The position numbers and the translations under genes are program-made. From an uncultured Lachnospiraceae bacterium (lineage in GTDB: Bacteria; Bacillota; Clostridia; Christensenellales; UBA1242), in the NCBI GenBank assembly GCA_964393975.1, contig CAYMVO010000001.1, positions 4,055 through 68,054 of the forward strand: a DNA stretch of 64,000 nt, written 5' to 3'. Below, one piece after another: positions 39,314 through 49,575 of the stretch. Below the pieces are notes generated by a model. That model ran no database searches, was not told the DNA's origin, and saw only the letters and a program-made list of their open reading frames with translations. Within the stretch, counting starts at the first letter, position 1. Every line of letters begins with the position of its first letter.

Positions 39314-39336
39314 ATGGAATTTACTTTGAGAATTAA
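39314..39336 (+). repeat. right copy of 23-nt direct repeat (ATGGAATTTACTTTGAGAATTAA)
   Basis: It lies 1203 bp downstream of the left copy. Here AATTTACTTT pairs with an upstream AAAGTAAATT (39291-39300). Both copies are followed ~25 nt later by AGAGGTTT...TTTGTTG and then a promoter. Confidence 0.9.
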
Positions 39337-39375
39337 CATTTATCAACCTTTGCTAGTAAATAGAGAGGTTTTTTG

Positions 39376-39404
39376 TTGACTTTGTTCTAAATGTTTAGTA
39401 TAAT
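39376..39404 (+). promoter_or_regulatory. sigmaA-type promoter (TTGACT-17-TATAAT) abutting the ruvC start codon
   Basis: -35 at 39376-39381 and -10 at 39399-39404. Only 7 nt separate the -10 from ATG 39412, and there is no SD. Confidence 0.55.
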
Positions 39405-39411
39405 AAAAATT

Positions 39412-39906
39412 ATGAGAGTTTTAGGTATTGATCCGGGATACGGAATAGTTGGGTTTGGTGTGATTGATAGCGAAAGATATGGGAGTTATAATGTAGTCGA
39501 TTATGGTGTGATAAATACGCCAAAAGAAAAATCTATTGCTGATAGAATAACACAGATTTACGACGGTATGATAAAGCTTATAGAGACATTCAAGCCCGAT
39601 GCCTTAGCGGTGGAGGAATTGTTTTTCAATACAAACATCACTACCGGTATAAAAGTAGCGGAGGCAAGAGGTGTGATACTATTAGCTGGGAGAAAAAACA
39701 ATCTTCCGACCTATGAATACACACCTCTTCAAATCAAGCAAGCGCTAACAGGTCAAGGGCGAGCAGAAAAGACACAAGTGCAATTTATGGTGAAATCTAT
39801 TTTAGGACTCAGTGCAATACCAAGACCTGATGATGCGGCGGATGCGTTAGCAGTAGCAATATGCCAACTGCAAACAAACAATTTACTGACGAATAATTTA
39901 GTTTAA
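39412..39906 (+). CDS. ruvC: crossover junction endodeoxyribonuclease RuvC
   Basis: MRVLGIDPGYG N-terminus, EELFFNTN and DAADALAVA catalytic acidic motifs are present. The track start at 39391 lies inside the promoter spacer. Confidence 0.85.
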   Translation: MRVLGIDPGYGIVGFGVIDSERYGSYNVVDYGVINTPKEKSIADRITQIYDGMIKLIETFKPDALAVEELFFNTNITTGIKVAEARGVILLAGRKNNLPTYEYTPLQIKQALTGQGRAEKTQVQFMVKSILGLSAIPRPDDAADALAVAICQLQTNNLLTNNLV

Positions 39907-39918
39907 AAAAGGTGAAAA

Positions 39919-40506
39919 ATGATTAATTATATTATAGGGACTGTAGAACACAAAGGTGATGGTTATGTTGTGTTAGAGGCAAATAGTATAGGCTATACAA
40001 TTTATGTTAGTAATAACGCGCTTGTAAACCTTATCGAAGGCGAAAAAGCAAAGCTTTTGACCTATCTTCAAGTGCGAGAAGATGGTGTATCGCTTTTTGG
40101 TTTTGAATCAATTGAAGAAAAAGAGATGTTTTTAAATCTTATCAGTGTCAGTGGAATAGGTGCAAAGATGGCTATGACGATACTTTCCGGTATTCGCTTG
40201 ACCGACCTCGGTGTCGCGATAATTTCGGGTGACCTGTCTGCTTTGACTCAAATAAAAGGTTTGGGTAAAAAGACCGCTGAGCGTATAATTGTAGAGCTAA
40301 AAGACAGAGTTAATTGTTTTGGTCTTATTGATTGTGCAGACACTTTACCGCTTGATAGCGTTTCTAATGATATTACAAATGATGCAATAGAAGTTTTAAT
40401 TAGTTTAGGACTTAGCAAGACTGATGTCGTTAAGACAGTGAAACGCGTAGCAAAAGCAGGTGACAAGAGTGAAGATATTGTGGCAAAAGTTTTAAAGGGG
40501 TTGTAA
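39919..40506 (+). CDS. ruvA: Holliday junction DNA helicase subunit RuvA
   Basis: N-terminal OB-like region, two HhH motifs ([23 protein letters not shown]) and operon position support the call. Confidence 0.9.
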   Translation: MINYIIGTVEHKGDGYVVLEANSIGYTIYVSNNALVNLIEGEKAKLLTYLQVREDGVSLFGFESIEEKEMFLNLISVSGIGAKMAMTILSGIRLTDLGVAIISGDLSALTQIKGLGKKTAERIIVELKDRVNCFGLIDCADTLPLDSVSNDITNDAIEVLISLGLSKTDVVKTVKRVAKAGDKSEDIVAKVLKGL

Positions 40507-40507
40507 T

Positions 40508-41554
40508 ATGGATGATGAGAGACTGATAACTAGCACAAAAGGTTTAAGCGAATCTGAAATGGAAAACTCGCTAAGACCTACACAATTAAGTGATTATGTT
40601 GGACAAGACAAGATAAAAAAGAGCCTTAATGTCTATATAGAAGCCACCAAAAAAAGAGGTGAGGCGTTAGACCATGTATTGCTTTATGGTCCACCAGGAC
40701 TCGGAAAGACCACGCTTAGCCATATTATAGCAAGCGAACTTGGTGTGCAAATAAAGGTCACTAGCGGACCAGCTATTGAGCACGCTGCAGACTTAGCAAG
40801 TATATTGACAAACTTAGGCAAAAATGATGTGCTATTTATAGACGAGATACATAGACTTAATAGAAATATTGAAGAAATCTTATATCCTGCGATGGAAGAT
40901 TTTGCGCTAGATTTTATAGTAGGAAAAGGTCCGTCTGCTAGAAGTATGCGATTAAAGATACAACCTTTTACGCTAATAGGAGCGACCACTAGAGCGGGAA
41001 TGTTGACCTCGCCGTTAAGAGATAGATTTGGTATTCTCGCTAGACTAGAAATGTATTCAAAAGAAGAGTTAAATAAGATTATTAAACGAAGTGCAACTAT
41101 TTTAGGTGTGCAAATTAGCGATGAAGCAAGTGGTGAAATAGCGAGTCGCAGTCGTGGGACACCTCGTATAGCGAATAGACTTTTAAAACGTATTAGAGAT
41201 TTTGCGGAGGTCAAGAATAGTAAAGAAATCACTCTTGAAATTGCAAACGACGCACTAGAAATTATGGAGATAGACGAACTCGGTCTTGATTTTGTGGACA
41301 GAAGAGTACTGGGTGCTATAATAGACAAGTTTAATGGAGGACCAGTAGGACTAGATACACTATCCGCTTCAACAGGCGAAGAGGCAACTACTATTGAGGA
41401 TGTCTATGAACCATATTTACTACAATTGGGATTTATCGCAAGAACCCCTAGAGGTAGAGTCGCTATGCCAAATGCCTATAAACATTTAGGTATAGAACTC
41501 AGTGATAAAAAAGCTAATGAATTAAAACAATATGAGGAATTTAAAGAAAATTGA
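40508..41554 (+). CDS. ruvB: Holliday junction DNA helicase RuvB
   Basis: LRP..L..YVGQ, Walker [10 protein letters not shown], Walker B FIDEIHR, and [11 protein letters not shown] are present. Confidence 0.95.
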   Translation: MDDERLITSTKGLSESEMENSLRPTQLSDYVGQDKIKKSLNVYIEATKKRGEALDHVLLYGPPGLGKTTLSHIIASELGVQIKVTSGPAIEHAADLASILTNLGKNDVLFIDEIHRLNRNIEEILYPAMEDFALDFIVGKGPSARSMRLKIQPFTLIGATTRAGMLTSPLRDRFGILARLEMYSKEELNKIIKRSATILGVQISDEASGEIASRSRGTPRIANRLLKRIRDFAEVKNSKEITLEIANDALEIMEIDELGLDFVDRRVLGAIIDKFNGGPVGLDTLSASTGEEATTIEDVYEPYLLQLGFIARTPRGRVAMPNAYKHLGIELSDKKANELKQYEEFKEN

Positions 41555-41556
41555 CT

Positions 41557-42588
41557 ATGAATATTTATGATAAGAAAACATACTTCTATGATTTACCTGA
41601 GGAATTAATTGCACAATCACCGGTGGAACCACGAGACAGTTCTAGACTGCTTGTATATAATAGAGAGACAAAGCAAATACAACACAAACATTTTTATAAT
41701 ATCATTGACTACTTAAAAGCTGGTGATGTGCTAGTCATAAATGATACAAAAGTATTACCCGCTAGAATGTTTGGAATAAAAGAGGAGACGGGTGCAAAGA
41801 TAGAGGTTTTACTCAGTAAACGTGAAGATTTAAAGACTTGGCAAGTGCTTTTAAGACCTGCAAAGCGTTGTAAAGTGGGGAGCATTATAAAGATAAATGA
41901 TGAATTGAAATTTGAAGTCTTAGAAGATTTGCAAGAAGGACTGAAGAGAGTTCGTTTTGATTACGAGGGGACCTTTGAAACAATAATAGCAAAGGTCGGC
42001 ACAATGCCATTACCTCAATATATAAAGAAAAAATGCGAAGATCCTACTAGATATCAAACCGTTTATGCGAATAAAGAAGGTTCCTCGGCTGCGCCAACTG
42101 CAGGGTTACATTTTACAAATGAATTGCTAGATAAGATAAGAGAAAAAGGTGTCACTATTGTAAAGGTGTTATTGCACGTAGGACTAGGGACTTTTAGACC
42201 TGTGAAAACGGATAATATTTTAGAGCACACTATGCACAGTGAACATATAGAAATTAGTGAAGAAAGCGCTAATATAATCACTAGGGCTAAGGCTGAAGGA
42301 CGAAGGGTGATAGCTGTCGGTACTACTAGCGTTAGGGTACTTGAGGGCGGGAGTACACAAGATGCAGTATTACACGCGGGCTCTAGTGATACAAACATCT
42401 TTATTTATCCTGGGTATAAATTTAAAATAGTCGATGCCATTATCACAAACTTTCATTTGCCAGAAAGTACTCTTATTATGCTAGTGAGTGCTTTTGCAGG
42501 GTTGGATGAAACGATGAATATATATAATATAGCTGTACAAGAAAAATATAGATTTTTTAGCTTTGGCGATGCTATGTTTATAGAATAA
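41557..42588 (+). CDS. queA: S-adenosylmethionine:tRNA ribosyltransferase-isomerase
   Basis: YDLPEELIAQSP N-terminus, GTFRPV and FFSFGDAMFI C-terminus are present. ATG 41557 lies just after the ruvB stop. Confidence 0.9.
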   Translation: MNIYDKKTYFYDLPEELIAQSPVEPRDSSRLLVYNRETKQIQHKHFYNIIDYLKAGDVLVINDTKVLPARMFGIKEETGAKIEVLLSKREDLKTWQVLLRPAKRCKVGSIIKINDELKFEVLEDLQEGLKRVRFDYEGTFETIIAKVGTMPLPQYIKKKCEDPTRYQTVYANKEGSSAAPTAGLHFTNELLDKIREKGVTIVKVLLHVGLGTFRPVKTDNILEHTMHSEHIEISEESANIITRAKAEGRRVIAVGTTSVRVLEGGSTQDAVLHAGSSDTNIFIYPGYKFKIVDAIITNFHLPESTLIMLVSAFAGLDETMNIYNIAVQEKYRFFSFGDAMFIE

Positions 42589-43713
<1,125 letters not shown>

Positions 43714-43782
43714 ACGTTTCAGTTGACAAATCTAAAAAAATAATACACAATGTTAATAGTTTATTAAAGTGAGGATAGATTT

Positions 43783-44292
43783 ATGAATATTACAAATTTA
43801 TTGGTTAATGCGCAAGATTTTATTTTGCCAGGGATTTTGCTAGTTTTGCTCGTGATTAGTGCAGGTATGGCTTTTATGAGAAAGAGTAAATATACTCAAA
43901 GCGCTATGGAAATGAAAAACAACCTTAAGATAGGCGATAAAGTAAAGACTTACGCTGGAATGTATGGTGAAATTGTTGCTATAAAAGAGGCTGTTGATGG
44001 TAGCAAATATGTAATTTTAAAGAGTGGCGAGGGTGAGTATATCTCATATTTTAGCATAGATATTGAGGCTATTTATGGTATTGATTATAAAGATGAAATA
44101 GACGATATGACAGAAAATGCCACAGAGGTGACACCTACTAATACTGAAGAAACCACTGAGGAGCTAGCTCCAGCTGAAAATATTGCAAAGGCAACAGCTC
44201 CAGTAGAAGATACTAAAATTAATGGTGAAGCAGTAGAAGAAGTGAAAGAGAAAAAGACTAGAAAATCAAAAACTGCTAAAAAGGAAAATTAA
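43783..44292 (+). CDS. yajC: YajC-like preprotein translocase subunit with extended acidic C-terminal tail
   Basis: Single N-terminal TM, then MRKSKYTQSAMEMKNNLKIGDKVKTYAGMYGEIVAI, which matches the YajC core pattern. It sits after tgt as in many Firmicutes. About 70 extra E/T-rich residues follow. Confidence 0.6.
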   Translation: MNITNLLVNAQDFILPGILLVLLVISAGMAFMRKSKYTQSAMEMKNNLKIGDKVKTYAGMYGEIVAIKEAVDGSKYVILKSGEGEYISYFSIDIEAIYGIDYKDEIDDMTENATEVTPTNTEETTEELAPAENIAKATAPVEDTKINGEAVEEVKEKKTRKSKTAKKEN

Positions 44293-44350
44293 TTTTTTGG
44301 TATAATATCTCTCTTTTCCTAATAATATATACCAATTAGGAGGAGTGAAG

Positions 44351-44752
44351 ATGACGAGTAAAGTAAATACTTGTGCGGTAAATAATAGAAGTTTTTTGTA
44401 TGCTCTAGCAAAGGGTGCGCTTGTCGCGCTTTTGGTGTCAATGATAAGTATATTGCTTTTTGCGTTAATTTTAAAATTTATAGTAATGAGCGATAGTACT
44501 ATTGCTACTATAAATCAAATAATTAAGGCTATGAGTATTTTGTTTGGTGTGAGAGCGACGTTAAAAGTTAGTCAAGGCAAAGGACTGATAAAGGGAACTA
44601 TGCTAGGATTGGCATATACACTTGTTGCTTATCTTGTCTTTAGTTTTTTAAGTGCGAGTATCAGTTTTGATGCAACTATACTAGTTGATATGGTTTTTGG
44701 CGGAGTTATGGGCGCTATATGTGGCATTATAATGAATAATTCAAATAAATAA
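44351..44752 (+). CDS. small integral membrane protein (TIGR04086-like)
   Basis: Four hydrophobic helices. ATG 44351 lies 8 nt after AGGAGG; the track GTG at 44345 is the alternative. Confidence 0.5.
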   Translation: MTSKVNTCAVNNRSFLYALAKGALVALLVSMISILLFALILKFIVMSDSTIATINQIIKAMSILFGVRATLKVSQGKGLIKGTMLGLAYTLVAYLVFSFLSASISFDATILVDMVFGGVMGAICGIIMNNSNK

Positions 44753-44765
44753 CTACTTAAAATAA

Positions 44766-44794
44766 TTGACAATACCTTTTTCGTGTGGTAATAT
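44766..44794 (+). promoter_or_regulatory. sigmaA-type promoter (TTGACA-17-TGgTAATAT)
   Basis: -35 at 44766-44771 and extended -10 at 44786-44794, upstream of the gatC leader. Confidence 0.55.
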
Positions 44795-44845
44795 CTAACT
44801 AGACAAAAGGTAATTTCTACATACTTAATTAAGGATTTTTATCCT

Positions 44846-44875
44846 ATCACTTAGAAATTGCTAAGTGATTTTTTG
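44846..44875 (+). terminator. intrinsic-terminator-like hairpin in the gatC leader
   Basis: ATCACTTAG-aaattg-CTAAGTGAT followed by TTTTTG. It is preceded by a small AAGGAT-tttt-ATCCT hairpin and lies 29 nt before the gatC ATG. Confidence 0.6.
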
Positions 44876-44903
44876 TTTGTCTAATGAAATTAGGGAGATT
44901 GTA

Positions 44904-45179
44904 ATGGGAAAAATTGATATTGACCACTTGGCAAATCTTTCCGCTTTGGAAATAAGCGAAGAGCAAAAAGCCATATTTGAAAAAGAATTTGAAGGAATTA
45001 TGGGATTGGTTGAAAAAATTAATAATGCAAAAGTAACAAACGAGATAGAGTACGAACCTATTGATGTTAGCGAACTTCGCGATGATGTTGCGGAGGTCGG
45101 ACTAACACAAGAAGAAGTGTTGACTAATGCACCAGAAAAAAAGCAAGGTTGTTTTGCAGTACCTTTGATGATGGAGTAA
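44904..45179 (+). CDS. gatC: aspartyl/glutamyl-tRNA amidotransferase subunit C
   Basis: IDHLANLSALEISEEQ pattern, GGGAG SD before ATG 44904, and gatA/gatB follow directly. Confidence 0.85.
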   Translation: MGKIDIDHLANLSALEISEEQKAIFEKEFEGIMGLVEKINNAKVTNEIEYEPIDVSELRDDVAEVGLTQEEVLTNAPEKKQGCFAVPLMME

Positions 45180-45182
45180 GAT

Positions 45183-46595
45183 ATGAGTACGGTTATAGAA
45201 TTGGTAGAAAAAATAAAATCAAGAGAGTTAAAGTCTTACGATGTTGTAAAAAAATATATTGAGACTATTGAAAATAAAAAAGAATACAATGCGGTACTAG
45301 AGATTTTTTACGATGCACTGGATATAGCAAAAGATATTGATGCTAGACTAGATAACGGCGAAAATGTCGGCAAACTCGCAGGCGTACCTATTATTATAAA
45401 GGATAACATTTTGTACAAAGGTAAGATTGCTAGTTGTGCTTCAAAGTTTTTGCAAAACTATCACGCTGAATACAATTCCACAGTTGTCAGTAAACTATTA
45501 AAAGAGGGTGCTGTGATAATTGGTAGAGCAAATATGGATGAGTTTGCTATGGGTGGTTCTACTGAAAATAGTGCCTATGGTCCTTGCTTAAATGCGTTAG
45601 ACAAGACTCGTGTACCAGGTGGTAGTAGCGGTGGTAGTGCGTCTGCAGTCGCGGGAGATATGGCTCCTTGTGCTTTAGGTACGGACACGGGTGGATCTAT
45701 TAGACAACCTAGTTCCTTTAATGGTATTGTAGGTATAAAACCTACTTATGGTCGTGTGTCTAGATATGGCGTAGTTGCATTTGCATCTAGTCTAGATCAA
45801 GTAGGACCTATCACCACAAATGTAGCGGATAATGCCTATATGCTTAGCATCTTAGCGGGTGAGGATAAGCATGATGAGACTACTTTAAGGGTGGAAGTAC
45901 CAAACTATTTAGAGGCAATAGGTCAGGATATAAAAGGCTTGAAAATTGGTGTTATCAATCAAGTAAAATCACTAATGAAAGATTCGACCGCTTTTGATAA
46001 TGCGGTAGCGTGGTTCAAAGAAAATGGCGCTGAAATAGTGAATGTAGATATAAAAGATATAGAGCTTTGCCTACCAGTATACTATATTGTCGCTCCAGCT
46101 GAAGCTAGTAGCAACTTAGGTCGTTTTGATGGCGTTAAATATTCCACTAGGTCAAAAGAAGCAAAGACTTTGGACGAGATTTATACAAAGAGTCGTAGCG
46201 AAGGATTTGGTCCTGAGGTCAAGAGACGTATAATGCTCGGTAACTTCGTTTTAAGTAGTGGTTTTTACGATGCTTATTATTTAAAAGCTAAAAAAGTGCA
46301 ACAAGCTGTTCGCAAGCAATTTAAAGAAGCGTTTACAAAATGTGATTGCATCATTATGCCGACCACTTTAGGCGAGGCATATAAAATAGGTACTATTACC
46401 AATCCTGTAGATATGTACGTTGAAGATATATTTACTATCCCAGCCAATATTGCGGGTATTCCAGCGATTAGTATCCCTTATGCAAAAGGTGAAAGTGGTA
46501 TGCCACTAGGACTACAAATTTTAGGTAAAGAACTAGATGAAATGATGGTTTATAGAGTGGCAAGTTTCTACGAAAGAAATCACGAGGAGAATTAG
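45183..46595 (+). CDS. gatA: aspartyl/glutamyl-tRNA amidotransferase subunit A
   Basis: Amidase signature GGSSGGSASAVA and catalytic Ser/Lys context are present. Confidence 0.95.
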   Translation: MSTVIELVEKIKSRELKSYDVVKKYIETIENKKEYNAVLEIFYDALDIAKDIDARLDNGENVGKLAGVPIIIKDNILYKGKIASCASKFLQNYHAEYNSTVVSKLLKEGAVIIGRANMDEFAMGGSTENSAYGPCLNALDKTRVPGGSSGGSASAVAGDMAPCALGTDTGGSIRQPSSFNGIVGIKPTYGRVSRYGVVAFASSLDQVGPITTNVADNAYMLSILAGEDKHDETTLRVEVPNYLEAIGQDIKGLKIGVINQVKSLMKDSTAFDNAVAWFKENGAEIVNVDIKDIELCLPVYYIVAPAEASSNLGRFDGVKYSTRSKEAKTLDEIYTKSRSEGFGPEVKRRIMLGNFVLSSGFYDAYYLKAKKVQQAVRKQFKEAFTKCDCIIMPTTLGEAYKIGTITNPVDMYVEDIFTIPANIAGIPAISIPYAKGESGMPLGLQILGKELDEMMVYRVASFYERNHEEN

Positions 46596-46596
46596 T

Positions 46597-48015
46597 ATGA
46601 GAGAAGATTATGATATAGTTATAGGATTAGAGGTGCACGCAGAACTCAATACTAATACCAAAGTATTCTGTTCGTGTCCAAATCATTTTGGCAGTGAAAC
46701 AAACACAAATTGTTGTCCAGTGTGTATAGGATTACCTGGTGCTTTACCTATCCTAAATAAAAAGGCTGTAGAACTCACCATCAAAGCAGGTCTTTGTATG
46801 GGATGTGAAATAAACGATATTGCGGTTTTTGAGCGTAAAAACTATTTTTATCCAGATCTTAGTAAAGCATATCAAATCAGTCAATTAGTGCGTCCAATTT
46901 GTATTGGCGGTGGTGTGATGCTAGATAGCGGTAAATTTATAAGACTCAATCGTATACATCTAGAGGAAGACGCCGGCAAACTTATTCACAAAAATTCAGC
47001 GGTCGGAACGTTAATAGATTACAATCGTGGTGGTGTTCCACTAATTGAGATGGTTAGCGAACCTGATATTTCTAGCGCTAGTGAAGCGGTAGAGTATCTA
47101 AACAAACTAAGAAACAACCTTATTTATGCCAGAATTGCGGAGTGTAAAATGGAGCAAGGCGGAATGCGTTGTGATGTAAACCTTAGTATAAAGAAAAAAG
47201 GTTCAACCGAGCTCGGCACAAGGACTGAAATGAAAAATCTAAACTCTTTTAGGTCAGTGGAACGTGCTATTGAATACGAGACTACCCGCCAAATAGAGTT
47301 AGTGGAGTCTGGTGATAGGGTTCGTCAAGAAACTAGAAAGTGGGATGATGAAAAGGGTGAGAGTTTTGCTATGCGTTCAAAAGAGACAGCGAACGACTAT
47401 AGATATTTTCCGGATCCTGATTTGTTGTCGGTTAAGATTGAGAGAAATTTGGTTGCAAGACTCAAAAGCGAATTACCAAAACTACCATTAGAGCGTAAAA
47501 AGACTTATATGGAAGAATATGGTTTATCCAACTATGACACCGATATTTTGTTATCAAATAGAGAAATATCAGATTTCTTTGATAAGGCTTTAAATTATTA
47601 TTCAAAACCTAAAATTTTGGCGAACTGGATTATGACAGAAGTACTAAAACATATAAAAGCAGATGAAGAGTTTAGTATGCCTATCAATCCAAAAGCATTG
47701 ACCGATGTCATAACAATGTATGACAAGAAAGAAGTCAGTCAAGCAAACGCAAAGCAATTAATAGAGAAACTTTTAAATAGCGATGCGGACGCAAAAGAAC
47801 TCGCTAAGAGTCTAAATCTCTTGAATGATGTAAGTGATGATGAAGTAGAAAATGCGGTGAAAGCGGTTATTGAGGCAAATCCAAAAGCGTGTGAAGATTA
47901 TAAAGTTGACGCTAGTAAAGTGACTTCGTTTTTTGTAGGTCAAGTAATGCGTGCAACAAAAGGAAAAGCAAATCCAGATAAGGTAAAGGAATTATTAAAC
48001 AATTTGTTGAAATAG
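46597..48015 (+). CDS. gatB: aspartyl/glutamyl-tRNA amidotransferase subunit B
   Basis: IGLEVHAELNT N-terminus, a GatB cradle domain and a C-terminal YqeY-like tail are present. Confidence 0.95.
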   Translation: MREDYDIVIGLEVHAELNTNTKVFCSCPNHFGSETNTNCCPVCIGLPGALPILNKKAVELTIKAGLCMGCEINDIAVFERKNYFYPDLSKAYQISQLVRPICIGGGVMLDSGKFIRLNRIHLEEDAGKLIHKNSAVGTLIDYNRGGVPLIEMVSEPDISSASEAVEYLNKLRNNLIYARIAECKMEQGGMRCDVNLSIKKKGSTELGTRTEMKNLNSFRSVERAIEYETTRQIELVESGDRVRQETRKWDDEKGESFAMRSKETANDYRYFPDPDLLSVKIERNLVARLKSELPKLPLERKKTYMEEYGLSNYDTDILLSNREISDFFDKALNYYSKPKILANWIMTEVLKHIKADEEFSMPINPKALTDVITMYDKKEVSQANAKQLIEKLLNSDADAKELAKSLNLLNDVSDDEVENAVKAVIEANPKACEDYKVDASKVTSFFVGQVMRATKGKANPDKVKELLNNLLK

Positions 48016-48034
48016 TTTACAAAAGGTGAAGTAG

Positions 48035-49570
48035 ATGTTATCAAAAGTAAAAAGTTTTGGACTACTCGGAGTAGAAGGGTATTTAGTTGATGTTGAGGTT
48101 GATATAAACTATGGTTTACCATCGTATGATATAGTGGGGTTAGGAGATACTGCTATAAAAGAATCTAAATACAGAGTCAAAAGTGCTATCAGAAATAGTG
48201 GCTTTCAATTTCCTATAGACAAAATCACAATAAATCTTGCACCTGCAGACATAAAAAAGGAGGGTCCTATTTATGACCTTCCTATTTGTGTAGGTATTAT
48301 GGTGTGCGGAGAACTTTTTGACAAAAAATTAGCTGAGAGTTTTGCTTATGTGGGGGAATTGTCTTTAGATGGTACGATAAAAAAAGTGAATGGTATTTTG
48401 CCTGCTTTAATTAGCGCTAGGGACCTCGGGATTAAGAAAATAGTCATTCCTTATGACAACCTTAACGAGGCTAGTTATATTGAGGGGATAGAGGTCTACG
48501 GTGTAAAAGATTTATTTCAAATGTATCAATTTTTATGTGGTTCGTTAGAAATTTTTCCTGCCAATCTAAAAAGTTTTACTGAAGCAAAAATAACGCAGAC
48601 TTTTATCAATGATTTTAAAAATATTAAAGGACAATCTTCCGCAAAAAGAGCACTTGAAATAGCGGCGGCGGGTGGTCATAACGTAGTAATGGTCGGACCT
48701 CCTGGTTCGGGTAAAAGTATGCTTGCAAAAGCTTTTCCATCTATTTTACCTGAAATGACCTTTGAAGAGGCGCTAGAGGTCACAAAGATACATAGTATTG
48801 CGGGTGTGTTGGATAATAGTATAGGTATTGTGGCAAACCGTCCATTTAGGAGCCCACATCATACAACAACAACAATCGCGCTTACCGGTGGTGGAAAGGA
48901 TAGTAAACCTGGTGAGGTGAGTCTCGCACATAATGGTGTGCTATTTTTGGATGAGTTGCCCGAATACAACAGACACACGATAGAGACTTTGAGACAACCT
49001 CTTGAGGATGGTTATATTACGGTCGCCAGACTACAACAAACCATTGAGTATCCCGCGAGTATCACCCTTATAGCTAGTATGAATCCTTGCCCTTGTGGGT
49101 ATCTTGGACAAGGTGGTGGCAATCAGTGCCGTTGTTCTAGTTCTCAAATACTAAAATACCGCTCAAAACTCAGCGGTCCATTAATGGATAGAATAGACTT
49201 GCACGTGGAAGTAGACGGTATTTCTTATAGTGAACTCAGTGCTAAAATTGACGAAGAAAGCAGTGCGGAAATTAAAAAGAGGGTAGATAAAGCTCGAAAA
49301 ATACAACTAGAACGATTTAAAGGTGAGAAAAATTTTAGCAACGCAAAAATGAATAACGAGCATATCAAAAAATATTGTGCATTAGATGAAGAATGTGCAT
49401 CCTTAATGGAACTCGCTTTTGAAAAATTAAATCTTTCTGCACGTGCTTATACAAGGATACTCAAAGTCGCTAGGACAATTGCAGATTTAGCGGAGAGTGA
49501 AAATATACGACCTGAGCATATTGCGGAAGCCATACAATATAGGTCATTAGACAAGAAATACGGAATTTAA
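48035..49570 (+). CDS. comM: YifB/ComM-family Mg-chelatase-like AAA+ ATPase
   Basis: N-terminal Lon-protease-like domain, Walker A GPPGSGKS, Walker B LFLDELPE and a Cys cluster (CPCGYLG...CRC) are present. Confidence 0.85.
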   Translation: MLSKVKSFGLLGVEGYLVDVEVDINYGLPSYDIVGLGDTAIKESKYRVKSAIRNSGFQFPIDKITINLAPADIKKEGPIYDLPICVGIMVCGELFDKKLAESFAYVGELSLDGTIKKVNGILPALISARDLGIKKIVIPYDNLNEASYIEGIEVYGVKDLFQMYQFLCGSLEIFPANLKSFTEAKITQTFINDFKNIKGQSSAKRALEIAAAGGHNVVMVGPPGSGKSMLAKAFPSILPEMTFEEALEVTKIHSIAGVLDNSIGIVANRPFRSPHHTTTTIALTGGGKDSKPGEVSLAHNGVLFLDELPEYNRHTIETLRQPLEDGYITVARLQQTIEYPASITLIASMNPCPCGYLGQGGGNQCRCSSSQILKYRSKLSGPLMDRIDLHVEVDGISYSELSAKIDEESSAEIKKRVDKARKIQLERFKGEKNFSNAKMNNEHIKKYCALDEECASLMELAFEKLNLSARAYTRILKVARTIADLAESENIRPEHIAEAIQYRSLDKKYGI

Positions 49571-49575
49571 GGTGA

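Noticed and set aside
40684-41328. 214-aa antisense ORF inside ruvB. Similar long minus-strand ORFs occur at 18153-18566 in ligA, 17014-17391 in pcrA and 25897-26241 in serS.
   Set aside because: They lie entirely within genes with unmistakable catalytic motifs on the other strand. They are Ser/Ile/Leu/Phe-rich low-complexity translations typical of the antisense of AT-rich coding DNA, and they lack SD sequences.
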